Position numbers and translations under genes: made by a program. DNA of 63,416 nt, filler included, from Ministeria vibrans ATCC 50519 (taxonomy: Eukaryota; Protista; Filasterea), in the NCBI GenBank assembly GCA_943704425.1. It is 10 parts of 10 records of this genome, joined end to end, with 100 filler letters (N's around TTAATTAATTAA, not from the genome) between each part and the next. Parts side by side here need not be neighbours in the genome. Positions count along the whole stretch, not along the records: positions 10,628 to 30,687 come from CALSCP010001943.1; 9 more parts are not named here. One strand, 5' to 3'. Shown here in pieces: positions 10,745 to 24,200 of the stretch; the first letter of the stretch is position 1, and each line of letters opens with the position of its first letter. The notes beneath the pieces are model-generated. The model was not told the DNA's origin, did not search any database, and was given only the letters and a program-made list of their open reading frames with translations.

Positions 10745-11224
10745 GCGGTGCACCGCACTCTGGTTGACGCATGCCGCACTCTCATTGTGTGGGTTGTGTC
10801 CCTCCTCATTTACTACACCGTCAGCGAGAGCTTTGGCGAAGAATGGACCAAATACTCTCCCCTCCAACGTACGACAGTTGCTCTAATCGCCTCTTCACAC
10901 ACCCACTTTCGCTCTATTCAAATGTGCACTCTGTCTTATCACCTTGGTCGTTCAATTTGTTTTTTTTCCATTATGTCTCTGTCTGTCTTTCTCTTCTATC
11001 TCTGACTGTACTCACCTCTGTCTTTCCTTTCTCTGACACTGTGCATTGTTTGAGTAGTTGCTGGATTTCTTTTCCTCGCGGTTGGGACGTTCGTGTACAA
11101 CAATGTGATCCGTCTGCCGTGTCTGACATACAGCACTGTACCGTCCGAGGCCGACGGGACGTATACGGCCGAGAAGGTAGGCGGAGACGACCTTGAATCC
11201 AAGGCGCTACTCAGCCCAGAGTAA
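10745..11224 (+). CDS. SLC35F6-like nucleotide-sugar/drug-metabolite transporter, last two exons
   Basis: VHRTLVDACRTLIVWVVSL...WTKYSPLQ|LAGFLFLAVGTFVYNNVI. Confidence 0.75.
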
Positions 11225-11295
11225 GCCACTTAGTTCGGTTTGTTGTTGTATTTGAGAATTACAAATTAGTAATGTGTTTGTGTGTGTCAGTCAAG

Positions 11296-12406
11296 TCAGT
11301 CAGTCAGCTCCTCTTCCTCTCCTTGCTCTGACTGATCATTATTATCGATTTCGGTCTCTGTCTCATCTTCATCTTCCTTCTCTGTTTCTTCGCGTTTCTT
11401 CTCAGCTCTCTCCCGCTCCTCCTGCTCCTACATACGCATACACATACGCATTAGCATCACATTTATATCATCATTGCATTTCCCTGCTCCAATGGCAATG
11501 CTTTTTACCTTGTCAAGACGGCTCTGCTCCTCCCGGTCGTTGCGCAACTGCGCTGCCTCTATGCGGTCCTCCTCGCACACCTGCTCTTTGTCAACCTGTT
11601 GTAGCTGCCTTACCCAAGATACCACTCCCACCGCATCCTCTCCGTCCATTGCGCCGTTTCCCTGCACACTCAGTCGCGCCAGGCGCGGCAGTCCTTCCAG
11701 TGCACGTAAACCCTCCAACTCCTCAATCGCATTCCCCCTACACAACCATCCCAATCGCATGTCAGCAGTCATTACTTTTTGTGTCACTCCACCAACCTGA
11801 TGTTAAGGTTGACCAGTCCAACAAGAGACTCGCATCCACTGAGTGTGCGGATGTCGTTGTCGCGCAAGTGGAGTGTTTCAACGCCACTCAGTGTCGACAC
11901 AATAGGCGTGGTGAGTCGCGTCAGTTGGCTCTCCGCCGCATAGAGTGTTCGCAGAGATGACGGTACAACGAGGGACTCGAGTTGATTTCCGCGCAAACAC
12001 AATTCCCTTAGTTTGGGTGTATTTGTGTCCAACAGGTTCACTGACTTCACTTCATTTCCTGGGAAAATGAAAATTTTGAGTATCATTCCGCAAAACATAA
12101 AAAAATAATTATATATATATATATATATATATAAACAAGCATTGAACTTATGCAGGCGCGTACGAGAAAGATCGAGGGACTCGAGGGCAGGCAAACTTAG
12201 ACCAGACACCGTTTGAAGTCGGTTTTCCTTGAGCGACAGACGTTGCAAATGGTCAAAGGATGAAATAGAGGACACGTCCCTCAACCGATTTTTGTCAGCG
12301 CTCAACACCAAGAGGTGCTTGGCGACGGACAGGGGCGACAAGTCTTCCAAAAAGTTATTGTTTAAATTCTACGTATAAAAAGGGACAATATATATTATGT
12401 GTCATA

Positions 12407-12442
<36 letters not shown>

Positions 12443-12875
12443 TGTGTGTGTGTGTGTGTGGTGCGTGTTCCTTTAATCTGTGGCGTGTGTGTGTGTGTGT
12501 TTTGTGTCTTTGTGGTGTGTGTGTGTGTCCTTCTCGCGTGTGATATTAGTACCACAAAGCGCAAATGTGCGTAATTTGTCAAAATATCACAGCGTGTAGC
12601 TCCTAGAGATGTCACAGCAAGTCTCACTAAAGCATATCCCTGTACAACTTCGGTGAGATGCGAGAGACCCGCGGAGACGGCCTCTTTTGTCAAGGCAAAC
12701 TAAAATAAAAAACATGGTTGTCAAGGAGACGATTGTACTATAAACTTGGTCAAACCTCAGGAACAAATTCTGACGGTTCGACTCGATCAGTAGCAGGAGT
12801 CACATGCGGAAATCTCACAGAGAGACCCTTTTCCTCGCGAGAGGAGTCATTCTCGTCGCTGATACCAGCAGTCAT
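11296..12875 (-). CDS. LRRC23: LRRC23-like leucine-rich repeat flagellar protein
   Basis: LTKEAVSAGLSHL..YALVRL..DILTNYAHLRFV|..DLSPLSVAKHLLVLSADKNRL, further LRRs (LETLHLRDNDI, LVNLNIR|GNAIEELE) and an acidic tail. LRGUK is the alternative assignment. Confidence 0.7.
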
Positions 12876-13147
12876 TTGTTATGGGATGTGTGAGTGAACC
12901 CTCCAAATTGGAAGCGAGTTTGAAGCTTTCAATCAGACGCAATGATAGGAAAATGATGCAATTCGGTATAATCGCAAAAAGAGGTAAATATTGAAACAGA
13001 TTGATTGTAAATTTGTGATTTAATTCGCGATGCATTATTCAATATCCATTGATTTATTTCATTGATTATCTTTTTCTTTCATCTTTCACCTTTCACACAC
13101 TTTTTTTTCAGTTACGCCTATCAATTATCAATTATTTGACCTGTAAA

Positions 13148-13627
13148 ATGCAGGCACCTTCGGACTACCAGAAGCCTAAGGGGGTATACGTCCAACGCGC
13201 GCGACAAAGCATGAAACACCCTAATTTATGAAAATGAATATTGCAGGTTTGCCACGCCTATGTGCGCAAAGGACAGTGCCGCAAGGGCTCTGATTGTGAG
13301 TACAGGCATCTGCCGCCCGGCCACCCGGATGTGCTGGCGTTTTTTGAGCAGCAAGAGCGGGACAAGCACTTGGAAGAGGAGCGGGCACGGCAGATGAAAG
13401 ACGCCGTCGTCGAGTACGCCGACTACCTGTTGACGCAGTCGGCCGCCATGCTGCGCGAGGCGACCTTCACCCGCAAGGAGCGTCTGACGGCGGCTGCCTT
13501 GCGCGAGGGCAAGCCGACGCCCGACGACTACGGGCAGCCGGTCGTCTCGCACGACGACGCCGACTGGGACTCGTCCGAGCCCGAAGCGAAGCGCTACCGA
13601 ATGTCGAGCGACAACGACGTTCTCTGA
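13148..13627 (+). CDS. Small CCCH zinc-finger protein
   Basis: VCHAYVRKGQCRKGSDCEYRH (C-x8-C-x5-C-x3-H) after a short first exon MQAPSDYQKPKG. Confidence 0.7.
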
Positions 13628-13745
13628 AGGCCGAAACTGAAACGTACGGTGTGTCTGTCACGACGGAACTACCTGATCCAATGTGTCAATTGTATAATAT
13701 TGAGTCATGAGTAAAATAATCAATTTTTTGTTCACTTTACCTTTG

Positions 13746-14088
13746 ATGACAACTGCTGTTGCCGCTGACACCACGGTGGCCACCGATGCGACAAAGAGCA
13801 GCCCAGACGCGACTGTAGAAGATTTCAGCGACATTGCTCGTTGGAACATATTCAACAGCGGAGGTACACACACAGTGACCCTCTCCCGCCCGATTCCCTG
13901 CAGCGTCTGACACAGACACCCCGCCCGTGCTGTCTGCGTGCCCTGGGACGACCCTCCGGCGGCCCCTCCTCACGCCTCTCGTCGTTTGGTGTGTAGGTGT
14001 CGACAAAGAGAGTCGACCAGTCATTGTCTTCTCTGCATGCAACATCCCAACACCCCCCGATTCCATCAGCATGGACAAATTGCTTCGG
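13746..14088 (+). CDS. 5' part of a BCH/CRAL-TRIO domain protein (ARHGAP1/8-like), truncated
   Basis: Spliced EDFSDIARWNIFNSG|GVDKESRPVIVFSACNIPTPPDSISMDKLLR; the next intron runs into a poly-T tract. Confidence 0.65.
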
Positions 14089-14239
14089 TACACTCTTTGA
14101 CACAGTTTCAATCTTATCCATTCTCATTTACTCGATATGTTTCACATTTCTGTTTTTTTTTTTTTTTTTTTTTTTTTTTTTCGATCATCGCGTCATTGGA
14201 GTGCGCAGCGTGAAACACCGGGGCCGAATGGGCGGCTTA

Positions 14240-14577
14240 CGTTTCTTTGGACGGCGTACCGCGCCGGTGGCCGGGAACAGATTCGACAGCTGTAAGATGG
14301 CATCGCCCACAATTTTTTCCTCTCGTCTGAGTCGATTTCCAGTCGCTCCGTCGCTCGATGTAGACATTGCCGTGGCCGACTGGGCGGCCGCCGGCGCCCC
14401 AGCTGCGTCACTGCCACCTATCGCATCACTCTGCGCAAAGAGGTCGGCCGGCTGGGCCGCCTCAGCTTCGAGATAGGTGTCGGAGAAAGAGTCGGGCATA
14501 TTTTGCAGTGCATCGTCAAATGCATCCATTTCCACGTCGACATCCATCAACGACGGATTCTCCAGTGGGTGCGACAT
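14240..14577 (-). CDS. First exon of an unidentified gene (acidic N-terminus, basic RRPKK), truncated
   Basis: ORF MSHPLENPSLMDVD... ends at a GTAAG donor near 14240; no downstream exon is visible. Confidence 0.4.
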
Positions 14578-14683
14578 CAAGCCCGGTTATTTCACGGGAG
14601 GCGAGGAAACGCGAACCGTTCTATGTTAGTTGAATAAAATTGAACTCGAAAAAAAATTATATTATTATAATTATATTTTTTTG

Positions 14684-15249
14684 ATGTCGGAAGTTGAGGA
14701 GACTGTCAAGCGAATTCAGGGTCACAAGGGGGTGGTTGGGATTATTGTGATCAATTCGGAAGGTGCGTGTGTATATGTGTGTGTGTGTTTTTTTTTTCTC
14801 GTATTGTCTTGGCAACCGTTGCTCTCGTCCATCGTTCGTGTTGCGTGTGCCGTAGTTTTTGGCGCGCATGCGTTTGTATCAGACTGTGATGGTCATTGGG
14901 GGGAGCGAGAGGAGAGATGCATGCGGCCTTGTCCGTTTGCGGACATGAGCTGTGCTGACAAGATGGTTTCTCGTAGGAATCCCGATCAGAACGACCTTGG
15001 ACAACGCGCAGACGGTGCAGTATGCAGCGTTGATGACGCAGTTGACGGCGAAGGCACGAAGCACCGTGCGCGACTTGGACCCGCAGGTATGGAGAGAGAG
15101 GGAGAGAGAGGGAGAAAGAGAGAGAGTGTGTGTTGACGAGCCTTTGCATTGCCCCACTCAGAACGACTTGACATTTTTGAGAATTCGTTCCAAGAAGCAC
15201 GAGATTATGATTGCTCCTGGTAAGTGTACATTGGCGTGTGGACATGCTC

Positions 15250-15326
<77 letters not shown>

Positions 15327-15437
15327 TAGTGGGTATTCTATACAACTGTGATGCACTCACAACTGAACCGTTCTTCTCTTTGTGTGTGTGTAGACAAAGA
15401 TTATGTTCTCATTGTCGTACAAAACCCGACCGAGTAA
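14684..15437 (+). CDS. DYNLRB: Dynein light chain roadblock-type, 4 exons
   Basis: [27 protein letters not shown]|IPIRTTLD...[11 protein letters not shown]|[19 protein letters not shown]|[14 protein letters not shown]. Confidence 0.97.
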
Positions 15438-15586
15438 ACGAGCAGCTATAGTTGCATGATGTGGGAGAGCGGAATGGGTGTGGGGGAGATATGAAGAGAG
15501 GGAGTCTCAATACAGCGTGTCAAATACATTAGTCAATTTATTCATTGATATATTTTGATCATTCATTATTACATGTTGATGGTCTG

Positions 15587-16562
15587 ATGCTATGCGCCTA
15601 TCGCTTAGAAGATTATACACAGGACGAGCATCGAGGTGGGTGAAGGACACCCGGCTGCTTGTGGAGCTCATGTCTCAAACACTGTTTCTGTTTAGAAAAC
15701 TTCGAGCGGTACCTTCTCGAGAAGCACGCAGACGACGTGGACGCCCTGCTCCACGTTGAAGATCCCTCCGAACATGTCTCCATCACTATCAAGTGAGTGT
15801 CTTCTTCTTCTTCTTCTTTTTTTTTTTTTTTATTTTTTCTTTTGGTATTTGTTTCATTCGCGTCTGATTTGCGAAACGCACTCGATTCTCCCGTTTCTAC
15901 AGTGTCCTCGAACTCATTGATTGGAACACCGAACTGGGCACACTTTTGCTTGCGTACCCGACGACGCTCTTGCCGCTGTTTGACCGGAGTGCCCGAGCAG
16001 TTCAGGTGAAGATGTACCGTCAACACGAAGACACGGAACGGCCCATTGGACACCTGTCGATTAAGGAGAATGTCCACATCCGACTGAGCAATCTACCGCA
16101 GTGCCCCGAAGTGAGCAAGGCCCAGATTCCGCGCTCGGCCGACTTTGGCTTGTTCCTCTCCATTTCGGGCACGGTGATTCGTACGGGCGCCGTCAAGTCA
16201 CTCGAGTTTGAGCGCGACTACTCCTGTATGACGTGCCATCAGAGCTTTCGAGTACAGGCCGAATTTGAACAGTACAACATTGCGCCCAAGCCGACGCGCT
16301 GTCCACTCATGAAGAATGGCCAACAATGTAAGGGCACGTCGTTCAGCGAGCTCAACGCACGTCCCACCGACCCAACGGGTCTCCATGGTGCCACACCCGG
16401 TGCAGGAGCTGGTCCTGCTGCTGCTGCTGTTGGTGGTGGTGGTGGTGGCACAGGCATTGTCACAGGCCTTCCCGAAATGTGCCGGGACTACCAAGAAATC
16501 AAAATTCAAGAGCAGGTAAACCCAAAGAGAAACGAAAAAATTAATAATGATAAAAATTAATA

Positions 16563-16611
<49 letters not shown>

Positions 16612-18947
16612 TATTATTATTATTATATTATTATTATTATTATATTATTATTATAATATTATTATATTATTATTATTATTTTCTTTTACTTCTTTTCACC
16701 TCTCAGATTCAAAAACTGGCTGTGGGCTCGATTCCTCGCTCGATGGTCGTGGTGTTAGAGGACGACCTGGTGGACATGTGCAAGGCGGGCGACGATGTCA
16801 TCATCAGTGGCATTGTGCGTCACCGCTGGCGTCCCGTTGTCAACGACCGTCGCTGCGACTTGGAGACAGTGATTCAGGCAAACCATGTACGCGTCAACAA
16901 CGATCAGCGAACACAACAAGAGATTACAGAAGAGCTCCGCGAGGAGTTTCGCCAGCTGTGGGAACGCGATAGAGACACCCCTTTTCGCGCACGCAATCAC
17001 ATCGTGTCAAGCCTGTGTCCTCAAGTGTACGGTCTATATGTCATCAAGTTGGCCGTCACGCTGGTGTTGGTTGGTGGCGTGCAGCGTGTAGAGCCCAGTG
17101 GAACCCGTATTCGCGGCGAGTCGCACATTCTGTTGGTGGGCGATCCGGGTACGGGCAAGTCCCAAGTGCTCAAGTTTGCGGCAAAACTGATGCCTCGCTC
17201 GGTGCTGACAACGGGTGTGGGCACCAGCTCGGCAGGACTGACCGTGACTGCTGTCAAGGATTCGGGTGAGTGGCAGCTCGAGGCGGGAGCCCTTGTACTT
17301 GCAGACGGTGGTGTGTGTTGCATCGATGAGTTTGGTGGCATTCGTGAACACGATCGGGGTTCCATTCACGAGGCGATGGAGCAGCAGACACTGAGCGTGG
17401 CCAAGGCGGGCCTCGTTTGCAAATTAAACACACGCACCACCGTGATCGCGGCCACCAATCCCAAGGGTACCTTTGACCCGCAGGAGTCCATTGCGGTCAA
17501 CGTCGCCATTGCCAGTCCACTGCTCAGTCGCTTCGATTTGGTCATGGTGCTCCTTGACTCTCGCGACGAAGCCTGGGATCGCGTCGTTTCGTCGTTTATT
17601 CTGGAAAAGCGCGACAAGATTGGTTCGCGACGTCCGACGACTTTGAGGCACGACCACCGTGGAAAGCGAAAGACGAAAAGGGGACCAGTGCAGGGTGATG
17701 GAAATGGTGGGAATGAACATGCTGATGAAGCGAGCGAGGTCGACGTCGACGACGACGACGACGATGATGATGACGCCGACGAAGATGAGGAGGAGGAGGA
17801 TGCTGCGGATGGCAACGAGGCGGCTGCGGATCCCAATGAGCCGGCGAACCCTTGGTCGATTGAGAAGCTTCAGGCATACCTGTGTTATGTCAAAGCCAAC
17901 TTCCATCCAACTATGTCTCCCGACGCAGAGATGATTTTGAGTCGCTACTACCAAATCCAGCGTCTTTCGGACCAACGCAACGCCGCTCGAACCACCATTC
18001 GCATGCTTGAAAGCCTTGTGCGCATAGCACAGGCGCACGCGCGACTCATGTGTCACACGAGCGTTGCCATTGAGGACGCCGTCGTGGCCGTGACGCTCGT
18101 CGAGTCGTCCATGCAAGGTGGTGCGTTGCTCGGCATCACCGACGCTATGCGTGCGCTCTTTCCCGACGACCCCGACGCCCAGTTTGCCCAGCAGCAAGAG
18201 ATTGTTCTGCAGCGGCTGTCATTTGCCTACCGGCCTAACAACAATGGTGATGGCGACAGTCAGTCTCCTGTTCGTGGTGGTAGCGACCGTGGTAGTGACC
18301 GTGGCCACTCTGCCACACCGGAAGGCTCGCCAGTGCGACGTAGATTGCCACTGCGAGAACAAGCGAGCCCCTCGCGCCAGCTCACAGTCGAAAAGAGCCT
18401 CGATGGTATCCGCTGCGATCTTGCCATGCGCCAAGTTCGTGATCAGCACCAAATCGAAGACTGCGAAGCAATGATACGCCAAGAGGTGGAAATGGCCATG
18501 CGTAGCAATGGACCTGCACCTGTCAGTGCCACGGGTGCCGCTAACCGGCCCGCCCACGAGAAACGGCCACATCCCGACCCCGCTCCCAATGGGTCCGCGT
18601 CACCGAGGCGGGTGCGTGTGCCGGCCTTTGTCTCAGCCGTAGATCGGCCCAGCGACGGTGAAGACGATGACGGGATGGACTTGGAGCTGGATATGGATGA
18701 AGATGATCTCATTTTGACCGAACACAGAGAGCGACACAAACAACTGCTGCAACAACAACAGCAACAACCAGTTTCGGATGCAGCTCCTCACTCTACCAAC
18801 AACAACAACGACAACAACAACAACAACAACGTCAACAACAATGACAACAACAACAATAACGATGACGATGACGACGACGGCATGTCGTGGAGCCTGTCTC
18901 CACCCGAGTTCCCTGTGGCCAAGCGACGCTTTGTCGAAGATGTATAG
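15587..18947 (+). CDS. MCM9: DNA helicase MCM9
   Basis: [79 protein letters not shown] and [14 protein letters not shown]; OB/zinc-finger N-terminus. Confidence 0.93.
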
Positions 18948-18982
18948 AATAATTAATCATCATAGTAATTTTTAATCTTTGA

Positions 18983-20350
18983 TCAGAACTCCAGAGCAAT
19001 TGTCCAATCGCCGCCGATGGACAGGCCGGGTTTCTTGATGTCGATGCGTTTGGTGGCGGGGTCCTGAGTGAAGGGCAGGGTGGTCTGGCGCAGGCCGCCG
19101 CCCAGGGTAACACGCTGCAACAGGCGCTGCTCGCCCACAATGACCACTCGCTCCACGTACTCTTGCGTGTTGTAGCTACCCGCGAGCAGAGCAGAGCTTG
19201 TCAACTGTACAACGCAAGAGTTTTTGTTACGCAACGAACGTCTTCACTTGATTTGGTTGGCTTACCTTTGAGTCATGGTAGACAAAGTTACGGAGAAGGT
19301 ACTCGCCGTCCATGAAGCGCAGTGAGTCACGGTCGTCAAGGTAAAGACTGCCTGAGGCATTGTGTGCAGCGTTGAGCGCAACAAAGAGAGTATATGGGTC
19401 GTTGGTCATGACATGCGACGACCGACGCACGCGCATCTTGCGGGGAATGATGGAGCCGGCGCGCTGGAAGGCGACCGTCTTGCTGAGCGGACAGGCGACG
19501 GTGACAGTGCCAGGGGCAGTTGCCTTGAGCGTGTCCATGTCGTACCACACCTCAGATCCCGGAAGGTAGGTACTCACTGAGTGTGTTCCGGACTGAGAAA
19601 AGAAAACAAAAATAAATCATAGATAATATTATGAAAGAGTAAGAGAATGAGAATAAGAAAGAAAATGAGAAAGAGAATGAGAAAGAAAATGAGAAAGAAG
19701 AAAGAGAAAAACACAAAGTGATAGAGAGAGGGAGAGAGAGACGCGGGCGTCAAAGACAACTTTACACAGAACAAGGAGGCAACAAACAAAGTAATTATTA
19801 TTATAATAAAACTACCTTTGAGACGGGATGAACAAGAATGTCGGCGCCCAGGAGGAAGGCATTGTCGAGGGTGAAAGTGCGAACGTCCGTGGGATACTCC
19901 ATCCAGAGGGGCCGCATGACAGGCAAGGCCGTGGTATTGGCAAAGTGGAAGAGTGTGTAGAGGTAGGGAAGAAGCTGGTAGCGACGACGGATGCTGTCGC
20001 GGATTGGCTTCTGGTAAAGAGGCTCGAACAGGTAGGGTTCGCGACGCTTGGCGTCGAGATGGGCGTGAGCGCGGAAGAAGGGCTGGTAGGCGCCTGCCTG
20101 GTACCAGCGCACCATGAGCTCGGCGTCAGGGTTGCCAAAAAAGCCGCCCACGTCAGCTCCGACAAAGGGCAGGCCCGCCAGAGAGGTGCCCAGCAGCATC
20201 GGCACCGACGCCTCCAGATGATCCCATGCTGCCGTATTGTCTCCTGTCCAGATCGCCCCAAACCGCTGTGACCCGGCAAAGTAGGCGCGCGACAGAACAA
20301 AAGGACGGCGCAGTCCCTGCGAACGGTCCAACAGTCCTTCATAAGTCGCC
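18983..20350 (-). CDS. GANAB: GH31 glucosidase II alpha subunit, C-terminal half only
   Basis: [77 protein letters not shown] and [12 protein letters not shown]. The WxDMNE nucleophile region is not found upstream. Confidence 0.9.
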
Positions 20351-20412
20351 TGCAAAAAAAAAAAGGGAGAAAACACAATTGCTGGGAGTCGTTCGGAGGG
20401 AGTGAGCGGGTA

Positions 20413-20620
20413 CCGAGGCAAGCCCAAGGTCAGCAAAGGGGTTGACGCTGATGAGAACGGCCTCGCCAATCCAGGTGAAGAGGGTGTTCGCTTCAAAGCG
20501 CTCCGCAAGCACTGTCGTCATGGCGTCCGACGTGCCCGCCCGCATGATGCGCAGGTCGCCCGCTGCCTGTGCGTTGAAGAACGACAGCCCCGACGAGGGT
20601 CCTTCTGCGTCTCTGTTCAT
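20413..20620 (-). CDS. Myosin motor-domain N-terminal exon (isolated)
   Basis: [45 protein letters not shown] fits the myosin DL..L..RF...YT.IG..LISVNPF motif. Confidence 0.8.
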
Positions 20621-21271
20621 AATAATATTTTGAACTTTGAAATTTTGAAATGAATCAATAATGGGAACCAATCAACCAAATAAGCTGACAATGTATGAAG
20701 CCCCTAGGGCGCCAGTGGAGACAATTCAATTATTTCAAACCGCTGTATGAAGGCATTCTGACTCTCTAAACCTCTTGAGTCTTGAGAGAGGCTCAATCAC
20801 CGACCCGGCTCGGCGCCCATTGAATTAGTATTGCACATCAGAGGATTAGTTCGTCGTAATAAATCAACTAAATCAATACTCCGGTGAGTCCGATCTGTCT
20901 CCGTAATTCGTACGGAAGTAACGGAACGAAGTACGAAGTACGGACTCACTCACTACGGAGTGGTCAGCTGTCAGTACTCTAACCAGTCGTTTTTAATTTT
21001 AATCCCAAGAGGGCATGTTTAGTCTACGATTAAAATCAAATCAATTCCACCAGTTGACAATTCTCCGACCCAATTGAATGAATTGATATAGATAATAGAT
21101 TCCTGTCTTTCTGGATTAAATATCATGTCTTTGATATTTTTGTCATTTCAGATTGTTTAATGTTTCTTAGATTTATCTGTCATTTTTTCAAACAAACATG
21201 AAAACTCTTTTTTCGAATTCGAACGGTCTCTCATAGTCTCATCTCTGAAAAATCCAATTTAATTTAATTTT

Positions 21272-24200
21272 ATGCCCATCGTCAAGACACTCGTCTGGTA
21301 CGTGGACGACCGTGACTTTTGGTCGAGGAAGTTGATCACCTCTCAGGCGTCCGCGTCAATCGAGATCAACACTGCGGAGAACGTCTCTGTTGCCGTAGCG
21401 GCCGCTTGTCACGCTCTCGATGCGCCCCATTGCGCTCACGAGAGTACCCTTGTTCTAAATGACGGCATTTTTTCCTCGGGAAAATCGTCCGAGCGTATCT
21501 TCTTGGATGCGGACCAATCTTTTGACGACCAGTTTCGCACACAGTTTGACGGCACTCTGCCCAAGGTGAGTTTCCATCTTTCTCGGCCAGCGGTCAGCGC
21601 CTCTGTACGATATCGTGAACGAAATTCATTTTGTGCACACGTTCGCGCCTGAAGCGAACCTGAAGCATTGTCTATTTCTCGAAGTTGGAAATTTTTTAGT
21701 GTTGTTTTTTGGCGATATATCCCGAAACCGTCTCGATTTTTGCTCACACTTTGTCCAGTATTATTGTATTGTTCAACTGGGTTTCGCTTCGTTGTGCAAA
21801 ACTGCAAATGCAGGACGCGAATCAATGCCGAAGACTAACAAACATTATTGTTGTTGTTTTCTTCCCAGCTTGACTCGCTCTCGCTGCGCACCAAATTGTC
21901 GGTGCGTGTCGAGCGGTGTCTCGATAGCCTCCGCGGCAATCCGCACTCCTTTTTGCGGCTCACCCGCTCGCTGCGCCATGTTATCGAGAAAGAGACCGAC
22001 TTTGCGCAGAATTTCATTGTCTCTGGCGGACTTGTGTGTCTGTTGCGTATCAGCATCGAATACAATGCCACGGCACAGTGCCACGCCTTGCGCGTTCTGA
22101 GTGCTTCTATTCGCTATGTCGACGGCATGAAGATGGCCCTCGAGAGCGAAGCTCTCGTGGCGCTCATCTATGCGATCCTGGTGAATACGACAGGTGAAAA
22201 TTCGATGCTGGCTGCCCTCGAAGTCCTTGAGACCATGGTAGGCCATGCGCGGCGCGCGCGAAACCCTTCCTTCACCATGTCCATTGTGCGCTGCGCCAAA
22301 CAGAATGCTATTGAGGACGGCAATCCCGTCTTCTCGTCGCTTGTCGCGCTGCTCAAAGAGTCTCTTCACAACGAGACTCTCGCGGCGCGTCTCATGGCCT
22401 TTGTGTCGGCCATTATAAGCAGCTTTGTCGACTTTGAAGAGAGTGATCCTGTCAAAGAGGCACAACTATCAGCGCAATTTATTGAGACGTGCGCGCTGCT
22501 CGCGAAGGCGGGACTGCAGGCAGTCGCAGAGACGGTCATGGCGAAGGAGGTGTCGTCGGATGTCACAAAGAGCCGCGCAGCCGAGTACCAAGCGCTGGTG
22601 GAGGATGCACGGGCGCGCGAAGCGGAGTGCATAAAGACGCGTGCAGCATCAACGGTGTCAGTGCAGCAATCGGAGGAGGCTCTGCTGCTGAGCACGCCGA
22701 CAGAGGCAACTGTGTCCGCAGTGCGCTTGGCTCGTCTGGACAAATCTCGGGCACAAATTGTAGAAGAGCGCGATCAGATTGAGTTGACTCTACGACCCGG
22801 TGTGTTCTTTCCCGAGGGAACCGCAGACAGCACCGCAGCCACAAGCACAACAACAGAAACACGGCCGACAGTGATTGTCACTGATTCGTCTGTGGCATCT
22901 CAGAAGCACGCTGGCGAGGCACAGAAACAGGGAGAGCCGTCGGTGTCAGTCTCACAGTCGCCAGGTGGAACAGCCGCGCGCGAAAACGATGGACACTGTC
23001 GGAGAACAATGAGTGAGAAGAAGCGGTCGCGCAAATTGCGCCAAAAGAGTCTCGAGATGCAACGAGCGCAACTGTCGTCGATCCTGCTTAAGAGTAGAGC
23101 AGCAAGTGGAATTCGTACTGGTGATGGTGCTGGTAGAGCGAGTGAGGTGGAAATTTTTTCCGCATCAGAAGCCAACCTGGACTCGTCTGAGGTCGCGGCT
23201 CAACTTGATTCGTCTGCGAGGCAAGGCAGCAGCAGCTCCGAGTCGCACAGCGCGTCGCCTCTCAGTACGACACTGAAGAACCTGGAACTGTGTCGTGTGG
23301 TGAGTGAGGTTGAACCCCCACGCACGAGACTTCTCAGAGATAGGCAAGAGGTGTGTGGCAACGACATTGAATCAGCTCTGTCGAAGACTGCGAGTGCGAA
23401 TTGTGAGAGTGCGGCAGCACGGGACTCGCTGAAACCGCCATCGTCGCAGCGCCCAGCCTCGGCATTGCGTTCAAGAAGCCTTTTGGACAGTTCAACGTTG
23501 GTGCATGAGCGAGCAGCTTCTGCGCGAAAGACGACTGTGTCACAGAACAGCATGTCGCAGACGGACAGGAAGAGTGACCCTACAATGGCCAGTGAAGGGA
23601 ATGTGGGCCTATTTGAGGAAGATGTTCGTCGGTATGTGCGTACGCAGAAGGGCACTGTCACGGAGAGTGCCTTGCAGCAGATGACCCAAGTCGTGAACTG
23701 GAGTTCGAACGCGCAGGACGGAATGGATATCATTGCGTATGTGGATGGGAAAAGGGTCTGTTTGTTCCAACAGACCGAGTTTGGTGATGAAGTGCTCGAT
23801 GGGCCAGTGGTGACTCTTGGCGGGCATTTGAGGGGTGTCACCAGTCTGGCGTTGTCATCCGATGGCAAATGGCTTCTCAGTGCTTCGTGGGACAGGTCAG
23901 TCAAAGTGTGGAATGCGAAACGGTTCGTTCTGTCGCGTACGATTCACACTGATCATTGGAGGTATTCTACTTGCAACCGCACAGTTTCTTTTAACACTTG
24001 TGTGTCCATCTTCCCTCTTGCTTTTTTTTTCCAGTGGAATTCATTGTCTATCACTTTTTGCCGATGGAAAGAAAATTCTCACTGGCTCAGCGGATCGCAC
24101 GTTGAAAATCATCTCGTTTGAGACTGGCGCACGCCTTTTGACTTTTAGAGGACACGAAGAGTACGAGTCGCACAATTTTTTTTTGTGTGTGTACCTGTGG

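Noticed and set aside
13658-13700. Minus-strand peptide YTIDTLDQVVPS resembling the missing next BCH exon
   Set aside because: No AG acceptor precedes it and a stop follows immediately; probably chance.
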